DNA of 64,000 bases from contig OZ287068.1 of NCBI GenBank assembly GCA_965645245.1, positions 1,240,001 to 1,304,000 on the forward strand, in the 5' to 3' direction. Below are positions 61,216-64,000 of this stretch, in pieces. The stretch is from Massalongia carnosa (Eukaryota). The notes below the pieces were generated by a model. It searched no databases. It saw only the letters and a list, made by a program, of their open reading frames with translations, and had not been told where the DNA came from. Made by a program: the position numbers and the translations under genes. Positions within the stretch are counted from its first letter, which is position 1. Every line of letters starts with the position of its first letter.

Positions 61216-61296
61216 GTGGTCAGGGTGGTCAGGGTGTCCAGGGTTGTTCAGAGTAATCGTAGTCCAGAGTAATCGTAGTCTAGAGTACAGAGTACG
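61216..61296. repeat. 9-bp and 16-bp tandem repeats in the BUD6/PBP1 divergent intergenic region
   Basis: GGTGGTCAG about 4 degenerate copies; AGAGTAATCGTAGTC(C/T) twice. Confidence 0.8.
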
Positions 61297-61881
61297 GTCT
61301 GCGCAAGGATGACAGCGTTATATTACCACTAGACTATCACAAGCGCGGTATTGCTTAATGAAACGCTTTGGGGAACTTCCAGTCAACCTGAATGATTTAT
61401 CTTTCCCAACCCTTTCTTCACCAGCAAATTTGGTTGGTCCTACGGTCGGAAAGTCCATTGCCACTTCTTCCAAGACTCCGAACTGCATGATAATCTCATA
61501 GTGAATTCATCCATATTACCTCGAACCTCAAGAACGATCATTTCTAGACGGTGCAACTTTTGCCTAATTGATTCGAGCGTCAGTCACTAAGCTAGGTAAC
61601 GGGTTTGGCAACTCCCCGGCGGCTTAGGCACAGCAACTAAAAAACCCTGGTGTCGATGATTTGATTTGGCAAGGCGCCGCCAATTTGCCTTAGGGTCTAC
61701 CTCAACTCTCAACTGCAACTTTCCACTTTATCATTCGCTCCGCAGCCGTCGCAGAATTCGTGGACTTTTCACAATAAAAATAATCGTAAGTTAGGATTTT
61801 CTGTGCATCTACGGCTGCACAACAATCAGTAGTAGCTCGGCTCCGGTCGTGGGTGACGGCGGTAACGATCGACCGGCCAGC

Positions 61882-64000
61882 ATGGCTACTACTGTAGTGA
61901 ACGGAGCTCCCATCAATGATAGCAATGTCTCCAACTCTCCAATTTCGGGTTCTGTAAGACAACAACCGAAGTCAACGTTCAGCAACAAAAATTTGGATGG
62001 TAATCGGAAACAAGCTAGCAATCCAGACGCTGCGAGGTAAGAGCTACAGACTCATCATTCACAGGCAGCTGAAAGCATAGACTTGTCTACACTCCGTGTT
62101 TCAATCATCCTACCTGCACTTTCTCTTATTTATCTACTCCCAATCACTACAAAATGCTTACATTATCAATGCTTCTTTCGTGATACCATTTCCTTAAGCC
62201 ATTCAAGTCTAGATGTTTTCTATTTGCATGGAGCATTCAGACTCTTCAACCCTTTATCAAGCTTACACATGGCAATCAGACGGAATGCTCCTCAGAAAGC
62301 TTGGACATCAGGCATGAATCCAATCACCCAACGATCAACTACTCCCGCCCAGCTTAATGGTGCCGGGCCACAGCCAAGGCCTATGTCACAGAAGCCTGTA
62401 AACGCTCAAGAATCGAATACTTCAGATAAGCACGCCAATGATCGCCTAGTTTTCTTGTTCGCAAATATTATGGTACGTCATCTACAAGCTTGGCAAGATT
62501 TCAACCATGCTAACTTTAATAGGGTCTTCCTGCCTCAATCACAGTCAAGAATGGTGATACCTTCACGGGTATATTTTTCGGTGCAACAATGGAAGGTCAT
62601 GACTCTGCCTACCTCTTGAAGATGGTGCAGCAGATCAGCAACAAAGGAGAGATCAATGGCGCAAAAGAAGTCATCGAGGAATACATTGGTGTTGGTGACG
62701 ATTGTGCAATGTCCTTTGACATCAAGGAAGTCATCGACCTTGCTGTTGAAGGGGTTGTATTCAATAATCGAGACAGAGCCCAAAATGGTACTTCCCATCA
62801 GGAAGCTCGTCCCCCCTCGTACTAATCCTTGTCACTAGGTTCTGCAAGTTTCCGGACCGATGCCGACATTTCTGGCAATCTAAATATCCGTGAGCGCGAT
62901 CTTCAACGGTGGGAGCCATCAACGGAACCGGATGTTGACCTTTCACTTGAACAAACGGAGGGATCTTGGGATCAATTCAAGGTCAACGAACAAAAATTTG
63001 GACTCAAGAGCGATTATGATGAGAATATCTATACTACGACCATAGATCGGTCCAACCCATTATATCCGCAACGCGAGGCGGAGGCCCAAAGGATTGCACA
63101 AGAGATCGAACGTACCTCTACTGATAACGTTCATGTGAGGGAAGAGAGAGGCACGTTAAAAGAAGGCGATGGATTAGATGAAGAGAACAAGTAGGTCTTA
63201 CGTCTTGGGTTCTACCCACAACTGCGATGCTGATAATTCATAGATTTAGTGGAGTTCAACGTCAAGCCTCGGATTACCCACCCTTACAGCCTAGTCAAGG
63301 CAACAAGTACATGCCCCCAGCTCGTCGCCTTCCAACGAGTAGACCGACTGTTGCCGGGGCTCCTGTTGACCCTGCAATCATCTCTTCGCAAATTGCTCGC
63401 CCTGAAAGTATTGTTCAAGATCGCAAAATAACAACAGCAACCTCAACCAAGGTTGACACAAATCGGTCAAATAGCACAGAAGCAGGGCAGGCAGAAACTC
63501 CAAAGGAGAGCATAAGAGAGAGTAAGGATGTCATGCCATCTAACCTGCGGCCATTGGGGAACAGCAAAGCACCCATATCGAGTACTTCCGCGACTACGAA
63601 TGTTGAGACCGAGGTCCTCGACTCGTTCCGTCAATTCGCTAACTTGGAGAAAATCAAATTTACGGATAGTCGACGTCAACGAGCTTCGCATGATAAGGCC
63701 ATCAAGCTCAACGATCTAATGAAATTTTCCAAAACTTTTAAGCTCCTCACCCCAGTGCCAAAAGACCTCGTTCCAATCCTTGCAAAGGACAAATCCAAGC
63801 AAGAAGAAATTATGGAAAAGGCTCAACGCAATGCTGAATCTATGATGAATACGCCGCCGAAACTTGCGGCACTCGTGACTTCTGGGGATCTAAAACCTGC
63901 AAGGCCTCTTGCCGAAGCGAAGTATGAAGGGACAAAGATTTCACCAAGCGCTGCACTCGTGCCGAGCGTATCGGAGTCTCAAGACTATTTGCCTGGTCGT
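61882..64000 (+). CDS. PBP1: Pbp1/ataxin-2 homolog (Lsm plus LsmAD), multi-exon, runs off the right edge
   Basis: FRTDADIS, ERDLQRW, WDQFKVNEQKFGLKSDYDENIYTT..AQRIAQEIE..HVREER, and FKLLTPVPKDLVPILAKD. Confidence 0.93.

Overview
Intron-containing eukaryotic DNA from a filamentous ascomycete (Pezizomycotina, inferred from gene content and GT-AG introns with CTRAC branch points). About 17 recognisable genes are present: a PTH11-like membrane protein, complex I PSST subunit, MCT1, a secreted beta-lactamase-family protein, a Zn2Cys6 plus LbH acetyltransferase fusion, VPS29, AGX1, a myo-inositol transporter, a Fet3-like multicopper oxidase, a JMJD5-like protein, an AlkB-GRF protein, PEX7, a vWA-like protein, an AKTIP-like E2 variant, a GPI Cys-rich protein, BUD6 and PBP1. 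There are three transposons (a Tad1-like LINE at the left edge, one internally deleted and one intact DD34E Tc1-like element) and several pseudogene relics. Two signals stand out that the ORF track does not explain. (1) A ~1.9 kb non-coding interval at 25.2-27.1 kb has a telomeric template-like 10-mer, nested long-range helices pairing its two ends, a pseudoknot-like core, a CR4/5-like three-way junction and a U-rich 3' end: a candidate telomerase RNA gene. (2) AGX1 has an AUG-free in-frame 5' extension with a CUG in good context that encodes a consensus PTS2 (RLSLISRHL): a candidate non-AUG peroxisomal isoform. All RNA structures were found by eye; no folding program or database search was run.
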